Source of the DNA: Priapulus caudatus | Lineage: Eukaryota | Direction of reading: 5' to 3' | Assembly (NCBI RefSeq): GCF_000485595.1 | Contig: NW_014577061.1 | Location: 596,922 to 660,921, forward strand | DNA: 64,000 bases | Shown: positions 44,201 through 58,602 of the stretch, in pieces | Layout: the number at the start of each line of letters is the position of its first letter | Numbering within the stretch: position 1 is the stretch's first letter | Notes under the pieces: model-generated | Told to the model about the DNA's origin: nothing | Databases searched by the model: none | The model's input: only the letters and a program-made list of their open reading frames with translations | Translations under genes and position numbers: made by a program

Positions 44201-45804
44201 TTCCTTGTTGAATACTCTGATGGCAGCACTACTGTTTTCACTAAAATTAATATAGGTCTGGATGCATCAACAAACAAAAGATTCATCATGCAGTAACAAC
44301 CGTTACACTGACAGATAAACTGCTATTAATGAATGTATTATGCAAATTAAATTATTAATATTATGATTACCAAAGATTCCAGAGCAAGTGTACAGCATGA
44401 GTGAATGTTTCTGTGTTCACATCTAACACTTCTTTGCCACCTAAAGGTTGTTTCATCTTTTCCGGCATCCATGAGTTACTATATTGCTAGAAAAATAAAC
44501 ACGTTACACATCTGTATAGAAATGTCTTGTATTGTGAAACACAGGTGGCTGCATAATTTTTAACATTCTCTCACATCCTGCGAAACAATCTATTCCTAAA
44601 AATTCATGGTTTTCAATAATACATTATATGCTAATTTTAGTTAGTTAAATACTTACCGCGCCTATATGGCGCATAGGGCGATGCCTATCTCAGTTTCAGT
44701 AACCCTGAGGCCCCGCAGCTGCTTTCACAGTAAATGCTACAGTAGGGGGTTAGTCCACTGGTGGTAATTAATAATGTGCATATTTTAATGCACAATAAAT
44801 GGTAATACCTTTTTGAAGAGAGCAATCAGAGGTGTAAGAACATCTTGCTTGACCATGTCTTCACAAACATCTGCTCCACCATATGCACTAACATTTCTGT
44901 CATAAAGTAAATTAAAAAAAACTGATTAAAGCCACCGGAAAACAAAAACTCGTGATAATGGTAACAGTTTAACAAACAAATGTTATGAAAAGGTTTCTGT
45001 TAAGAAGATGAACTGGAAAAGGCAAAAACCGGTCATTGTTGTAGAAGTAGTTATAAGCAGTACTTCAGCTCAGGTTGAACATGTAAACCACAAAGGAGGT
45101 GTAAATGGAGGATAGCTGACCTGAGTGCTCCCGCAGCAGACATCCTGACCTGTAGACTATCATCGATGAGGAGTGGCCCAATGATGCGTAGTACACTGTT
45201 CGATGTCAACAGCTGAATGGATTCTTTCTGCGAGACTAGCGAGGCAACTGTTGTGCAAGCACATTCTTTGGCTTCAGCGGAACCACACTGCAACTGTAAC
45301 AGATCCCGAGAGATTCTTATATTAGAATAGACTGTCGGTGCTTGTTTTGGTAAGATATATAAAACATATCATTTCACTTGCAACAAATACAAGAAACAAT
45401 ATAGAGCAAATAAAGCGATGTTCATACTAATACATTTAATTCAGTTTAAATTACTTCTCTATATATGTATACAAAAACTTGAGATTGAAATTCAAAACCT
45501 GACTCTCTGTGAACACTACTTTAACCATGATATGTATCAATGTCACACTGCACAAACAATTTTTAAGGTCATGTCAAAATGATATAGCTATTTCCTATTG
45601 CAAAGTACATTTGCACCTTAAAATTAGGTAGCTTTGTCAATTAAATACCTTTTCAATAATTGCACCAATAGTACCAATGGCATGATGATTTCTATCAACT
45701 GTGTTCATTTCTTCAACTTCTGCTTCAGCCTCTGCATCTTTGACACTCATCAAACCTGTTGGGTTCTGCTCCTTCTTTTTCTTCAATTTTTTTGCTTTAC
45801 CCAT
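38216..45804 (-). CDS. HEATR3: HEAT repeat-containing protein 3 (Syo1 homologue), ~15 exons: 45649-45804, 45121-45293, 44809-44896, 44371-44486, 44131-44240, 43770-43913, 43409-43536, 43172-43219, 42851-42947, 40676-40767, ~39724-39862, ~39370-39590, ~38979-39130, 38589-38768, 38216-38320
   Basis: [18 protein letters not shown] start; [74 protein letters not shown] and NLTRFIRYK motifs; splice phases checked for most exons, some internal boundaries approximate. Confidence 0.92.
40190..40569. mobile_element. hAT-like MITE in a HEATR3 intron
   Basis: CAGGGCGCGAAA...TTTCGTGCCCTG; degenerate 8-bp TSD TATATACC/TATATCAC; internal 20-bp repeat x3. Confidence 0.7.
40948..42735 (+). mobile_element. 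Second HINE-like element, in a HEATR3 intron
   Basis: Same 5' end as 4757; 3' hairpin CATCCGAC-TAC-GTCAGATG; (CGCA/CGGA)n near the 3' end; 41700-42660 homologous to 5795-6755. Confidence 0.7.
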
Positions 45805-46607
45805 GCCAGTCTGTAGCTTTTATACCTATTAAAATTCGTAGAGAAAACGCTGACTAAGGTAAGATACTAAGTTTTATCCAACACATTTTTACCTAGTCCG
45901 ACCAGGCTCTACGAATGCAGGGTTACAAATTAAGGGCACCAAGCAGCAGTTTTGCTTCCTACAAGGGTCAGTTTGCAGCCTGCTCTCAATGCTGGCAGCA
46001 AATACTAGCTATACAAAGAAATTCCTAATACACCATAGTAAAAGTACTAAAGGTTCGGATTAGGTGAGTAACTTTGCAGGTAGTGTGTTACATTTTGCAC
46101 CCTGTCTGCCTAAGAAACTACGACATCTCCACATTCCACCTATGCCACATTTCCTGCAGAAATGGAAGTGTTTTCATTGTAGAGTAATATAGTTGGGTGA
46201 AACATGTCAACTCAATATTTTTACACACTTACTTCATACCTATCCACAAATTAACAAGAGATTTTGGTAATTGTTTCTTGTGGCTCTGCAATTTTTGCAT
46301 AGGTGTGAATTTCTTAGGTAGAAATGCTAGGTTAATCAATTTTTTATTATACTATTTTACTCGCTTAATTAAAGCGAGGATTTCTCAACCGTTTTCATAT
46401 TTTCTCAACCATTCTGATACTTACTGGCACTCCTTGCATAACACCAAATGTATATAGTAAGTCTAACAAGTCATAGAACACCCGCACAACATTCTTTCTA
46501 CCAATATGTGCACCAATCTCAATCTCAAATTAGAATGTTAACATATGTAAACAAACCTAGCCTGTGATTTTTGCTCTCGCATGACCGGGACCCTGTATCT
46601 ACACTAG

Positions 46608-47125
46608 TGCCGCTTTCATACTGCGAACGAATTTAGCCCGCTTCTGAAGCGGGATAACTTTAGCTCGGGATAAGTCGTTCATACTGCGACGGACTTTAGA
46701 GCCGCGCTTCTGGGCGGGATAACTTTAGCTCGGGATAAGTTACGTTTCAGTACTGACGTTAGCGTCGGTCTGAAGCGGACCTCTAAGCCACGTCCTGAGG
46801 TGCACATCCACTTTAGCTCGGGCTAAGTGTTTTCGACCTCTTCAGCACTGGGTTTATCCCGCTTCAGGTCCGGACCTGAAGCGGGATAACCCCCAAGATG
46901 AATGGGGTAATGGGGGGTTGGTGGGGAGGGAAATTTAGCAGCGAGCTAAAGTCGAGATACCTTTTCATACTGACGTTAGCTCGGGTCTGAAGCGGAGCTG
47001 ACCACCCCTTAGAGTGGGATAACTTTAGCTCGGGCTAAGGGTGTTTCGACCTTTCATACTGGGGTTTATCCCGTTTCAGGTCCGGACCTGCAAGCGGGAT
47101 TAAACCCGCAAGTGTGAAAGCGGCA
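46608..47125. mobile_element. PIF/Harbinger-like MITE upstream of HEATR3
   Basis: TGCCGCTTTCATACT...AGTGTGAAAGCGGCA TIRs; 3-bp TSD TAG; internal GCGGGATAACTTTAGCTCGGG repeats. Confidence 0.85.
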
Positions 47126-47955
47126 TAGGTTAATTACTTTTGTATACATTTCGAAGCACACACTCGATTAATATTTGCGTAATTAATATTTTATTTTTAT
47201 TTTTCTCCGGCACAAAGTATAGTTGCAGCCTGGTAAAAAAATTAATTCTCAACCGCATGGGGCACCGCATGTTTAGTTCTAGAACTATAGTCGCTTGCTC
47301 GCACAGGGCTCCAGCTATAGCTCAAACCATGTAAACTGGAGAACGGATGAGCTGCTGCCACGAGGAACGGATTACAGACCCAAAACGAGAGCAAGCCATT
47401 TACCCATGGGGTGTGGGCATAGCACTGGCGCTGATTACAAGGTTGTCAGGCAACACGTTTAGGATTAGAAAAGTGGTCGAGGTCATTCCCCCATGGCATG
47501 AGTAAGGGCAGTCACCGTGTTTTGCCGGTAGCATTTCAGATGAACGGGTACCCACCGAGCATTTGAAATGGAATTTGCACAGTAGTGAAGTCCTGTTGAG
47601 GATAAATAATAAATGCATGGCTGTAAATTGTGAAAAGGTGTTCGAAAAGATCAGGCCAAGAGTCCGTGTAGATAACATCAGTGTTAAAACAGCCGATAAT
47701 TTTGGGCATTTTGTGAGCAGTTGTTTTGTGGAGGCATTTCGGTTGCCCAGTTTCAACATAGTTAATGTGGCTATCAGGAGCTATACGCGCCTGTAGGCAG
47801 AGTGGAAGGGCTAGTTATAGTTCTATGAGGCTAGACCGCATGTATGATGGGTAGTGGAAAAGCGGAGATAGAGAATTGGAGAAGGTAACTTGTGGTAATT
47901 TATTTTACTCTACACAATGCAAGCCGCATTTCTATTTCCGCGAAATGAGGCTCAT

Positions 47956-48566
47956 AGGGTCTATGTCCCCCAGGGTACTGCCGGAACGTACGCCGGGGTA
48001 CGGTCCGGTATACCGAACGCAGTGCCGAAATAAGCGTTTGTCGCGGTTGCCGAGCAACCCAGAATTGCGCCGACAACCTAACCCAAGTCTGAAGACCATG
48101 TCGCGGTGGACAAACCAAGGAACCCTATCGCTATCCTACAGCTGGGGGCACACGAGGCCGTATTTTATCGCCCGATCGCGGCGATTACAAAATCGCCAGC
48201 GAATTTATCGCCCGATCACGAAGGGGCAGCACTACGATATTGAGAGGGACCATGCTACATTTTTTGATACGGGCGATCTCGACGGCGATAAAAATCGGCG
48301 CGACGTGCGGCAACACGGAAATTTCGAGTCGATTTTAAAATTTGGCTCGCGACGGGGCGATAAAATCGATAGAACCAGGGGCCTAGTGTCAAGACTCGCT
48401 TCTGATGGTCTGATTGTTTGTAAATTGGCGATGTAATGTTAGGAACAGTTTGAACGAAGCGGTGTTATAAAAAAAACAATCTTTTAAGAATGAATAACGA
48501 TTGAAGTGAATGTACCGGACCGTACCCAGGGTACGTTCCGGCAGTACCACGGGGAACATAGACCCT
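47956..48566. mobile_element. AGGGTCTATGT-family MITE with a nested ATCG-rich insert (~48140-48385)
   Basis: ~55-bp imperfect TIRs; flanks CTCAT/CTCAG. Confidence 0.75.
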
Positions 48567-51500
48567 CTCAGCGGAAATGAGGCGTAGATGGAAAGTGGAG
48601 GTGCCAGGTGAGGTGGAGCACTGGAGTGCAAGGGCTGGGCAGGTGGTGCAGGGCTGGGTTAACATTATTGACTAATAACATTATGAGGATTCATTATTGA
48701 CTACATAGTCTACACTACACGTATCATGACTTGAAAAAAATCAATCTAACATTTTTTGAAAGCATTTTTTAACGGTTGAGCAAGAACATTATAATCACGT
48801 GAGTCAACTGGCCCGCAAACGATAGCACAACGCGAACTGAAACAACAGCCTGCAGCATGGGCATCATTCCACTGCATCCACGGCTATTCAGGCATTTGAA
48901 TGACTGTGTGCTGCGCTGCCGCGCTTATTGAGTAGGGCATCACTGGTATTCGTCAGTGTGGGTTGGGCCGGTCTGCCACCACTATAATGTATATTTGTTA
49001 GCACCAAAGCTGTAATTATTATACACAACTTCTTGCGAAACTCGACGTCGTTCATGGGATCGTGGAGAGCATGAGGCATTCAGGAGGCCGCATATGGCAA
49101 TACAAGGGGCTTGCGTTACCTATGTAGACATGCCGGTATACATAGCGTTTCTCAGTGACATCACATGCAATCGTGTAACTTGCTGAACGCTGCGAATAAT
49201 AATGTAATTCATATCTATCAAGTGCGTAAATAAATAAATATATAATATATATATATATATATCTATCATATATTAAATACTCACATCTGATATTAAGAGT
49301 CAGATAATAAACATGATGTGTTATTAGTCTACTCTGGATAATCTATCACATAGCCCATCTATCTATCTACTATCTATCTTCATCTATCTAGATCTATCTA
49401 TCTATCTATAGTATCAGTATATATAGTAGTATAATAATCAGTATATCATGATATATAGTATAGTATACAGGCTTGATAGCAAACTGCATTTGGAGAAATG
49501 AGAAGAAAACGACAAAAACATTATTGTGGGCACTCGATCATTTACATTATTTTAGCTTTGTTAGAAATGTGTCTGATGTATGTCACATGATTTATGCATG
49601 GGTAATGATAGGCTTATTCAATAAAACAAGAATTACTGCTACATGTAGCCGAGGTATGTGTCCACATACTCAACATTGGTGGTGCGGTTTACTCATTTTT
49701 TGAAAAACATGGCCATAAGGCGAGTTGTTGCAAATAAGCTCTTCATATTATAGTACATATATATTAGTATATATATATATATAGAGTCGATAGATAGGTA
49801 AATATCTTTAACTATTGTGCGAACTGTGTCCAGCTGAAATGCGCATATCATACATGTACAATAATCGTGTAACAATAACATCTATCTTTCACAGTGCTCA
49901 TGTATATTTGTTTTTTATTGCTTTTCTGTTCATGACTGCTTCCTTGTTTATTCATTTGTTTCCTTGTTCCGTTGTTTCTTTGTTAATGTTCCTTGGCAGC
50001 TTTCATGGCTGCTCATATATATTCCTGACTGCTTCCTAGCCTTCCTTGTTTAATGTTTATACAATGAATTCCCGGCTGCTATATTTTGTTTACGAGCAAT
50101 GGTAAACTCCTTACTGTATGCTTAATTGTCTGTTTCCACAATGATGAAATCCTGACTATTACCCCGTTGATAAGAAAGTATAAATTCTTAGCTGCTTATA
50201 GCTGTTTCCTGTTTGTACAATGACGAATTCCCTACTGCTATATCCCCTGCTAATTCACAATGAAACATTCCCGACTGTTACTCCGTTTATGATTGCTGCT
50301 AACATGTTTGTAATTATATTCTAAGTTAAAAACGTAAAAATGTGAAAGTACTCTGCATGTATATTTTAATGAAAAAGCATTGCATTTATTACTGAATACT
50401 ATTACAAACTAATACTAGTACAGAGAACACTCAAAAGAGCACGCTTATGTCTCTCGTAGATATTTTTTAACAAGCACTAATTACACAATTTTATTGTTTC
50501 GTTTTGTTATATATTTCTCAGTGCTTCCACGAAGTTTCATAACCGTAAATAGTGAAGTAATTTGAGGGCATATGCATATCAATTGCAACCCCCTAGCTGG
50601 GACCCCTCAACTCCATCGGTAGTTATGTCATTACATAGATAGGCCTATATAAAACAAATGTGTTTGTATATATATATATTCAATATTTGGCGTGCGTGCG
50701 TTATATGCGTTGTATTGTATTGTGTCGTGTCGTGTCGGGTTGGATTGCGCTGCGTTATGGTATATTATGTTATGTCGCTATGTCATGTTATGTTATATTC
50801 TTATACATGTTTGTCTGTGCCCCTAGAAGAAATATAGCGCCAAGGTAGTGCATCTATATGTAGATAACTATCGGTATAGATATGCAGTTATAATGCCTCA
50901 TTCACTCGGTAGCACCAGGGCTCTAGACACCAGACCAACCTCAATAGGCGTGCAGAGGCTGGTTCCCCGCTAGAGTGTACTACAGCCTGGGTGGTTCTTT
51001 TATGTCCTCATTAGAAACTAGAAAAAGGTCCGTCATTTTACGTGGTCATGCTGGCCACGAGTGATTTATAGTCCTGGATGCTGAAATACATGTATATAGT
51101 AGATATTTATGATTATGTAGATCTCCTATTTCTCTCATTCTAATATTAACTTTAATTAAAGCCCCCCCACCACCACCACCACCACCACTACCGCGCTTCC
51201 TCATTCCGGTGTTTGTACTCACCGGTTCTATAAGTGCATCCCGTGCCATTGTACTGATTCCCTGTCTCTATTCTATAACAACAATATAATACATCCTTGT
51301 AAAGTGTGGTTTGCAGATGTTAAAAATTATAGTAGTTGGGTGATTAGAAATGTTGCGACGGTGGTTGCATAATGGGTTAGTCGGCGGCAGCGCGTTTGAT
51401 GTAGTATGGATGATGGAGACGAGAAACGGTTGAAAGTCAGTCGTTGTGCATGTGTGCAGCGGGTTTGGTTGTCCGCGCGCGCGATTGATTTCTTTGTTAG

Positions 51501-52697
51501 CTAGAAACGTATAAATGGAAGGTTCATGGTCGAAAGGGGACGGACGAGAGTGTGCGGGTCACGCGGATGCGTGCCAGCAGATGCGTGCGGAGAAACAATA
51601 ATACTATTTGCTAAACACAACTGCGTGGACTTTGGAGTTTTCCTTCTTCATCTCTACAACAAATCCATTTTGAAAAGGGTAACAATATAACACCGCTTCG
51701 TTACATCCTTATTATAACCTCAAGGTGTTTTGCAACAGTGGAGGGCATACCTATGCAGCAGACGTGAATAAACATCACACGGAAGTTATAAACATTTATA
51801 ACTAAAAAGTTAAGTTTAAATACTCAGAGAATTTGGGCGCATACACTGCATACACTTCATTCATGCTAGATAACCACAGATTCAAGGTCCAGACTCAACT
51901 CGAAACCTTTTCCAGCTAAATGGTGTATTTCAAGCATGTGGTGAGATACCGTTTCACACACAAATCGGTGGACCGGTCACCACGGCTACGTCACATAACA
52001 TAAAGGCACAATTACACGACTTACTTTTCATGCATTATAGACGTCCACAGGACATCTACCGTACGTATAAAATGCAGATTAATGCACTCTAGTATGAAAT
52101 AATACCACAGAAAAATTCCTTTTCTAGAGACAAAGTAGTGCAATTGCCTTAGTAGTGCAAGTGGTGAACAATTAGCAGATGACTACTGTTGCGTGCCTAT
52201 TAACAAAGTGTAGAGACATGATACCAGTCTATGATCTATTATATGTGCTGCGCGCGAATGATTCTGTGCCGGGAGGTTGTGTTAACATTAGCCTAGCTGA
52301 GACCACTAGATCATTACCGCGGTCGCACGCATGGCTATGCACATTTACGAACTACCATAAGCAGTGAACCGCAAGTTTCACTCCTACAAACCTACCCACA
52401 CAGTGAATGTAAACACGTCGATGCTAGACACTATGTAGTAAATTACCTTAGGCACACCAAGGTGCCCACGACAGAAGTGGAAAATCGACAAGGAAAAACA
52501 ATAAGTATTTAGCCCGTTGAAATGTAATATTATTTTTGTCCCTTGCCATGCACGCCATGCGTGACAGTGAAAAAACTATGAAAACAATTTCTTTTACATC
52601 TGCTAATGTGTACGTGTGTGTGTGTGCGCGCGCGCGCGCGTGTGTGTGTGTGCGTGCGCACGAGCGTGTGTGCGCATGTGCGTGTGTGTGTGCGCGC

Positions 52698-52732
<35 letters not shown>

Positions 52733-52735
52733 TGT

Positions 52736-55700
52736 TGTGGAGTTGTGTTATTGCTGTGTTAAATGTTTCCGTTCTCTTTCTCTTTCAGTGTCGTTGAACA
52801 TTCTAGAACATATTTATGATGTGACAGAACGAGTCATTCGTTATGTTCAATGACGTCACTGAAGAACGATGTCTACATTCGAGTGCCCTATCGTCGAGTG
52901 CGACTTCATCACCCAATACGTTAGTGATGCCCTGACAATCGTCATGCTGCAGATCCATGCAGGCGCCGTGCATCGACCCGCCCAAGCCCCGATCACGCGC
53001 TCAAGGGCCCCTTGCATGGAGCGCCCGCGTATTGACAGCGGTGTTGAACCGGTTACATGGAACAACTTTCTGCGAAGTTGGGAACTCTTTCGCGTCGGAT
53101 CAGACATAGACGACAACGCAGCGCCTCTGCAACTGTTGGAATGCGCGTCGGATCTACTCGGCGACATGGTGCTAAAGGCAGACCCCGCGATCGTCAGCCA
53201 CAGTCTTACCGAGGTCCTCGCCACTGTTCGTCTCTTCGCGGCCGTCCCTGTCGCCATCAGCGTCATGAGAGCTGAACTGCACTGAAAGGCACCTGGCGAA
53301 CAGTTCCGGGCCTTCGCCGCTTGTGTTCAAGGCAAGGCGGAGACTTGCTCCTTTACCACTGATTATACGTGCACCTGCGGCACGGCCGCTGCCGCGGACT
53401 ACACCGTCGAGATGATGAGGAACGTGCTGCTTGCCGGCATCGCCGACACCGACATCCGCCGAGAAGCTCTTGGGACTGCTGATGTGCATCGCCTCGCCAT
53501 AAACTCGGTCATCGCCCTCGTTGAGTCCAAAGAGATGGCACGCGATGCCCTGCCGTCCACGTCACAGTCAGCTGTATCTTCGTTCAAGCGCCCCGGTTCG
53601 TCGACTCCCCATATCCAGGAAGTGTTGCCACGAGCACCTGCAGAGAGCTCACAAAGGCGAGAGTGCGGATGGATAGAACACAGTGCCACACAAAGTATGC
53701 AAGCCATGCTACTTTCAGCAAGGTTGCGCCAAGAGAAATGATGGCAGACGCCAGCCGTCGTCGCCTCCCGTCCCAAAGCCTTCAAAGGCCAATGTGATCA
53801 AAGTGGATGCCAATGACGGTATTATCATCGCATCTGTCACGGCGCCGCCTCCTGTGCGCAATCACCGTCATCGCCGTGGCCGTCGCCCCCGTCAAGGCCA
53901 CATAGTTACCCTGGAGCACCACATCTTCCGTGCTGGGGAATGGCGCCAGGCTAAGCTTCTCGACCACCCACGCGTCCTTATCGACGTCAGCATCGTCGGC
54001 GTCAGTCAGAGCCAGGCTCCCGGCCGCTCCCACTCCACGAAAGTTCACGCCGTCACCGACAGCGGCGCCCAGTCAAACATTTGGTTGCTCAAGGACTTCG
54101 ACACGGCAGGATTTCCACGGTCAGCGTTGTCTCCAGTGACGCTGAGCCTGAAAGCGGCCAATTCGTCAGGGATCAGAGTACACGGCGCCTTCTTTGCCAG
54201 AATGGACGGTACAGCGCCGGACGGCAGCGCCATATCCTGCCAAACCATGGTGTACGTCAGTGACCAAGTTGATGGTCTATTCCTTTTGTTTGACACGATG
54301 GTTGACCTTCTCGTCGTCGGGAAAGACTTCCCATGCATCGGTAGCGCCAAGATGGCCACCGCATCGCCAGGCTGCGTGTCCAGGCCGTCCTCGCGAGGAA
54401 ACGTATCGCCCGATGCTCCCAGGTTATCAGCGGCTTCACGACGCGCAATGAACGCTGGATGCAGCACTGACTCATCCAGCCACCAGTGTGACTGCCCGCA
54501 GCGCGAGGCAGTCCCGTCGCTTCCTGACCACTTACCCTACCAACGGCTACCACAGCATCCCCTTGCGTGAGTCGGACCGCCATCTTACAACCTTCATAAC
54601 TCCGTTCGGCCGGTGGCGCTACACTCGCGCACCACAAGGGTTTCTCTCATCTGGCGATGGTTACAACCGCCGGTTTGATGCTATCATCTCCGACTTTGAG
54701 CGTAAAGAAGGGTGCGTCGACGACACTGTCCACTACGACGAGGACCCTGGACAGCACTGGTGGCGCACAATGAAGTTTTTGTCAACAGTGGGCAATGCTG
54801 GCATTGTCCTCAACCCTGGCAAGTTCCAGTTTGCTAAAAGGACAGTGGACTTCACAGGCTTTTGCATCTCCGAGTCATCCATCAAACCGCTCCCCAAGTA
54901 CATCGACGCTATCAGGCATTTCCCGAAACCATCGTCCACGACTGACATCAGGAGCTGGTTCGGCCTTGTAAATTAGATAGCCAACTACGCCCAACTACGC
55001 GACGTCATAGCACCGTTCCACCCCTATCTCAGTCCCAAGCAGAAGTTTGTCTGGACTCCTGAACTTGACGAGGCGTTCGAGGCCTCCAAGATCAGCATCA
55101 TAGAAGCCATCAAGCGCGGCGTGGAGATCTTCGACGTCACCAAGAGGACGTGCCTCAGACCAGACTTCTCCAATCGTGGCATCGGCTTCTTCCTGCTACA
55201 GCAGCGCTGCGACTGCACGAGCGGTTTGCTTGGATGCTGCCCTGACGGCTGGAAGATTACTTTGGCAGGCTCCCGCTTCCTCTCTTCTGCGGAGCAGCGC
55301 TACGCGCCGGTGGAAGGCGAAGCCCTTGCAGTCGCCTGGGGCCTTGAGCAAACCCGTTTCTTCATGCAGGGCTGCAATGACCTCGTGGTAGTGACCGACC
55401 ACAAGCCGCTGGTGATGATACTCGGCGATCGCACCCTCGACGAGATTCACAACACGCGCCTCTTTTGACTGAAGCAAAGAACTCTGCCATGGTACTTCAA
55501 GATCGAACACTTACCTGGGAAGACCAACCTTGCTGCCGATGCAGCATCGCGTCATCCTTCGCCGGTCACCCAATGAACGCCTGGTGGGACGAGTGTGGAG
55601 ACATCGACTTCACCGGGCTAGCTGCATACTTAGGTGGCCTCATAATCGAAGATAGCACCGAGCAGGCAACTCTCGTGGCCTTCCACCATGAACCACAGGA

Positions 55701-57449
55701 CGTGACATTGCTGTCATGGGAAGCCATTGCCGCTGCCACCGAGAGTGACGCCTCCATGAAGTCCCTCGTCGACACAATCGTCACCGGATTTCCCATCAAG
55801 CACAATTAAGGACCTCCCACACGTCGCACAATTCTGGCGCTACCATGAGTCCCTCTACTTCTCGCATGGCATGGTGATGTTTGATGATTGCGTCGTCGTT
55901 TCGCCAGCACTTCGCCGCCATGTCCTCGACAACCATCATGCTGCACACCAAGGCCAGTCATCGATGGAGCGTGCGCCAGGGCGATTGTCTTCTGGCCAGG
56001 GATAACGCTCGACATCGGTAACGCTAAGGCAAACTGCGACGACTGCAACAGAAACGCCCCATCGCAAGCAAGTCTCCCGTCGACGCCGGCACACCCGCCT
56101 ACAGTTCCTTTCGAAGCTGTGGTGGCGGACTACTTCAATTTCGCCGGTCGTCACTATCTCGTCATTGCCGACCGCCTCTCGGGATGGGTCGAGATCTTTG
56201 CCACTCCATCCGGCTCGAAGCAAGCCAGTGCCCAAGGGCTGGTGGACCGCCTCAGGAACTTCATGGCCATCTTCGGCGTTCCGGAAGAGCTGTCAACTGA
56301 TGGAGGACCAGAGTTTGCTGCCTCGACCACTGGAGACTTCCTACGAGGTTGGGGTATTAAGCACCGGATATCATCCGCCTACTACCCGCAGTCGAATGGC
56401 AGGGCGGAAGTAGCCGCCAAGTCGGCCAAGCGTCTTCTCAAATCAAACACTAATTTGGCGGGCCTCTTGGACAGCGACCGCTTCCTCCGAGCCATTTTGC
56501 AGCTCAGGAACACACCCGACCTGGACTGTGGCAAGTCACCAGCAAAGATCGTGTTTGGGAGACCCCTTCGCAACACCCTGTTGTTTGCAAAGCGTCTCCA
56601 GAAGTTTGGCGACACCGTCCACCTTGCGTCAGATGTCCATCCGTCGTGGCGGGAAGCCTGGGCGGCCAAGGAAACTGCCCTACGTGACCGATTTGTTCGT
56701 CAGTCCGACGCATTAAACGCCCGGTCCTGGAATCTCCCACTGCTCTAGGTTGGAGACCGGGTGTTCGTTCAAAATCAGATAGGGAATTCACCGAAGTGAT
56801 GGGACAAAACGGGCGTTGTCGTTGAGAAGGGCGACCACGACCAGTACGTCATCAAAGTCGCCGGATCAGGCCGCCTCACCACCCGCAGCAGGAAGTTCCT
56901 ACGTCGTTTCCGCCCCGTCATGGAGACAGGCAAGGATCAAGACTTCCAGGATGCTACACTGCCACCCACTGATCACAACCCGCCTCTCATCCCTCTTCTG
57001 ACAGTGCCATAGTCGCTGCCAGTACCACGGCGACCAGAGCACAACGACCTGAGCATGGCGAACCGCCTCCAGCACCCCGTCGGCCAGAGCACGGCGAACC
57101 GCCTCCAGCGCTGAGTAGACAAGAGCAGGACGCGCCTCCTGACGTCGCTGACCCGATTCCGACACATCAACCTCAGACATTTCGTCGAATAGAGCGCAGC
57201 ACCCCTGCCGAAGGTCGCCGATCCACCTCCAGCTACCCGTCAATCGCAGCGGAACGCTAGAGCGCCAAGAGAATATGTTCCAGAGACTGGACAGTAGACA
57301 TGAGTTTGCAGCTTATAAGCTACAAACTAGGGGGGGATGTGGAGTTGTGATATTGTTGTGTTACATGTTTCCGTTCTCTTTTTCTTTCAGTGTCGTTGAA
57401 CATTCTAGAACATATTTATTATGTGACACAGAACGAGTCATTCTTTACA
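52736..57449 (+). mobile_element. Degenerate Gypsy/Ty3 LTR retrotransposon; LTRs ~52736-52848 and 57338-57449
   Basis: gag ORF from 52869; protease DSGA; RT PFGRWRYTRAPQGF...CVDD; RNase H YAPVEGEALAV...TDHKPL; integrase D...TDGGPEF...YPQSNGRAE; PR-RT-RH-IN order; polypurine tract AGGGGGGGA before the 3' LTR; multiple stops and frameshifts. Confidence 0.95.
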
Positions 57450-57453
57450 TGTG

Positions 57454-57510
<57 letters not shown>

Positions 57511-58287
57511 TGTGTGTGCTTGTGTGTACAGCATATAGGCCTATATTTATGCATTTACGCATGACCTTTAGATGTACCAATAACTGTAATGTGCAATAAA
57601 ACGGATAACTGGATCATTTTAGATTACGCTAGCTATGTCAACTTGTGCTATATATTATAATATATCTTACGGACATGCAAGTCCGTGCTATACCGGCATG
57701 CCAACTCATACGTGGATTGGACTGGTTACTTTAGTCATAGATATAGAATACAGATTACATCTGTATTCTATATCTAGGCTTTAGTTGTCTCTCCATTTTG
57801 GAATAGGTAATAAAAATACTAGTTAGTATTCTATTACGAATTGAAGTATAACAATATTTACTCGTAGCGATTTAGGATTAGTTGCTCGCGAACGTCGTTT
57901 GTGTACGTTTGGATCGTATTTATTTGGCAATACTGTCCTAATACCTACATTGCTGAACCTTTTCCCAGTACTTCACAATCGAACATTCTTCTCGTACCAC
58001 TCATGTGTCCCCTCGGTCTGAAATGTCATAAATAGTTATGACACCGTAAGTCTAAAATGTTATAATTTTGGAGTAGTGTCGTGCAAAGATTATGACATTT
58101 TAGGTTAATGATATAGTCATAATAATACAGTATAAATAGATAATGGTTCATGGTGTTTCTATCAACAACTATCAGGTAGTCGGGTTAGATATTGCTGCGT
58201 TTGTGTCCAGAAGACGACATTATACCAACGTTGCTCTGAGTGAGCTGATGGCAGTGATGCAGCAATTTCAGTTACTGTGTACAGCTG

Positions 58288-58483
58288 CAGGGCCGGACCG
58301 GGAAATATAGCGCGAAATATAGCCCCCCAGTCAGGCCACTTTTTAAGCGGGGGACTGGGGGTCCCGGGACTCCCCCACCAGGAAAATTAATTAAATGTAA
58401 CATTATTTTTTTGGGGGCAGGCCACTTAGCAGGCCAGGCCAACGGGAAAACTCCCGGTGCTCCCGATCGCCAGTCAGGCCCTG
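58288..58483. mobile_element. hAT-like MITE ~120 bp upstream of the oxidase ATG
   Basis: CAGGGCCGGAC...GTCAGGCCCTG termini; no clear TSD. Confidence 0.55.
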
Positions 58484-58602
58484 CATGGTGTACAGACTAC
58501 AATACTTGCGTTGTATAACTTAATATGTGCAGATAACGATTGTAACATATCTCGCGCAACATTTTCAGTTAGCGATCATTGGAACAAGAAGTGTGCAATA
58601 GA

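Noticed and set aside
44655..44765. Fragment resembling a widespread invertebrate SINE core (GGCGCATAGGGCGATGCCTATCTC)
   Set aside because: Short, single copy in the window, and recognised only from memory.
49900..50300. Loose TTCC(C/T)GACTGCT periodicity
   Set aside because: A decayed minisatellite with no sign of coding or structural role.
51351..51684. TG...CA segment resembling a solo LTR (a similar impression at ~10920-11200)
   Set aside because: No TSD and no second copy to confirm it.
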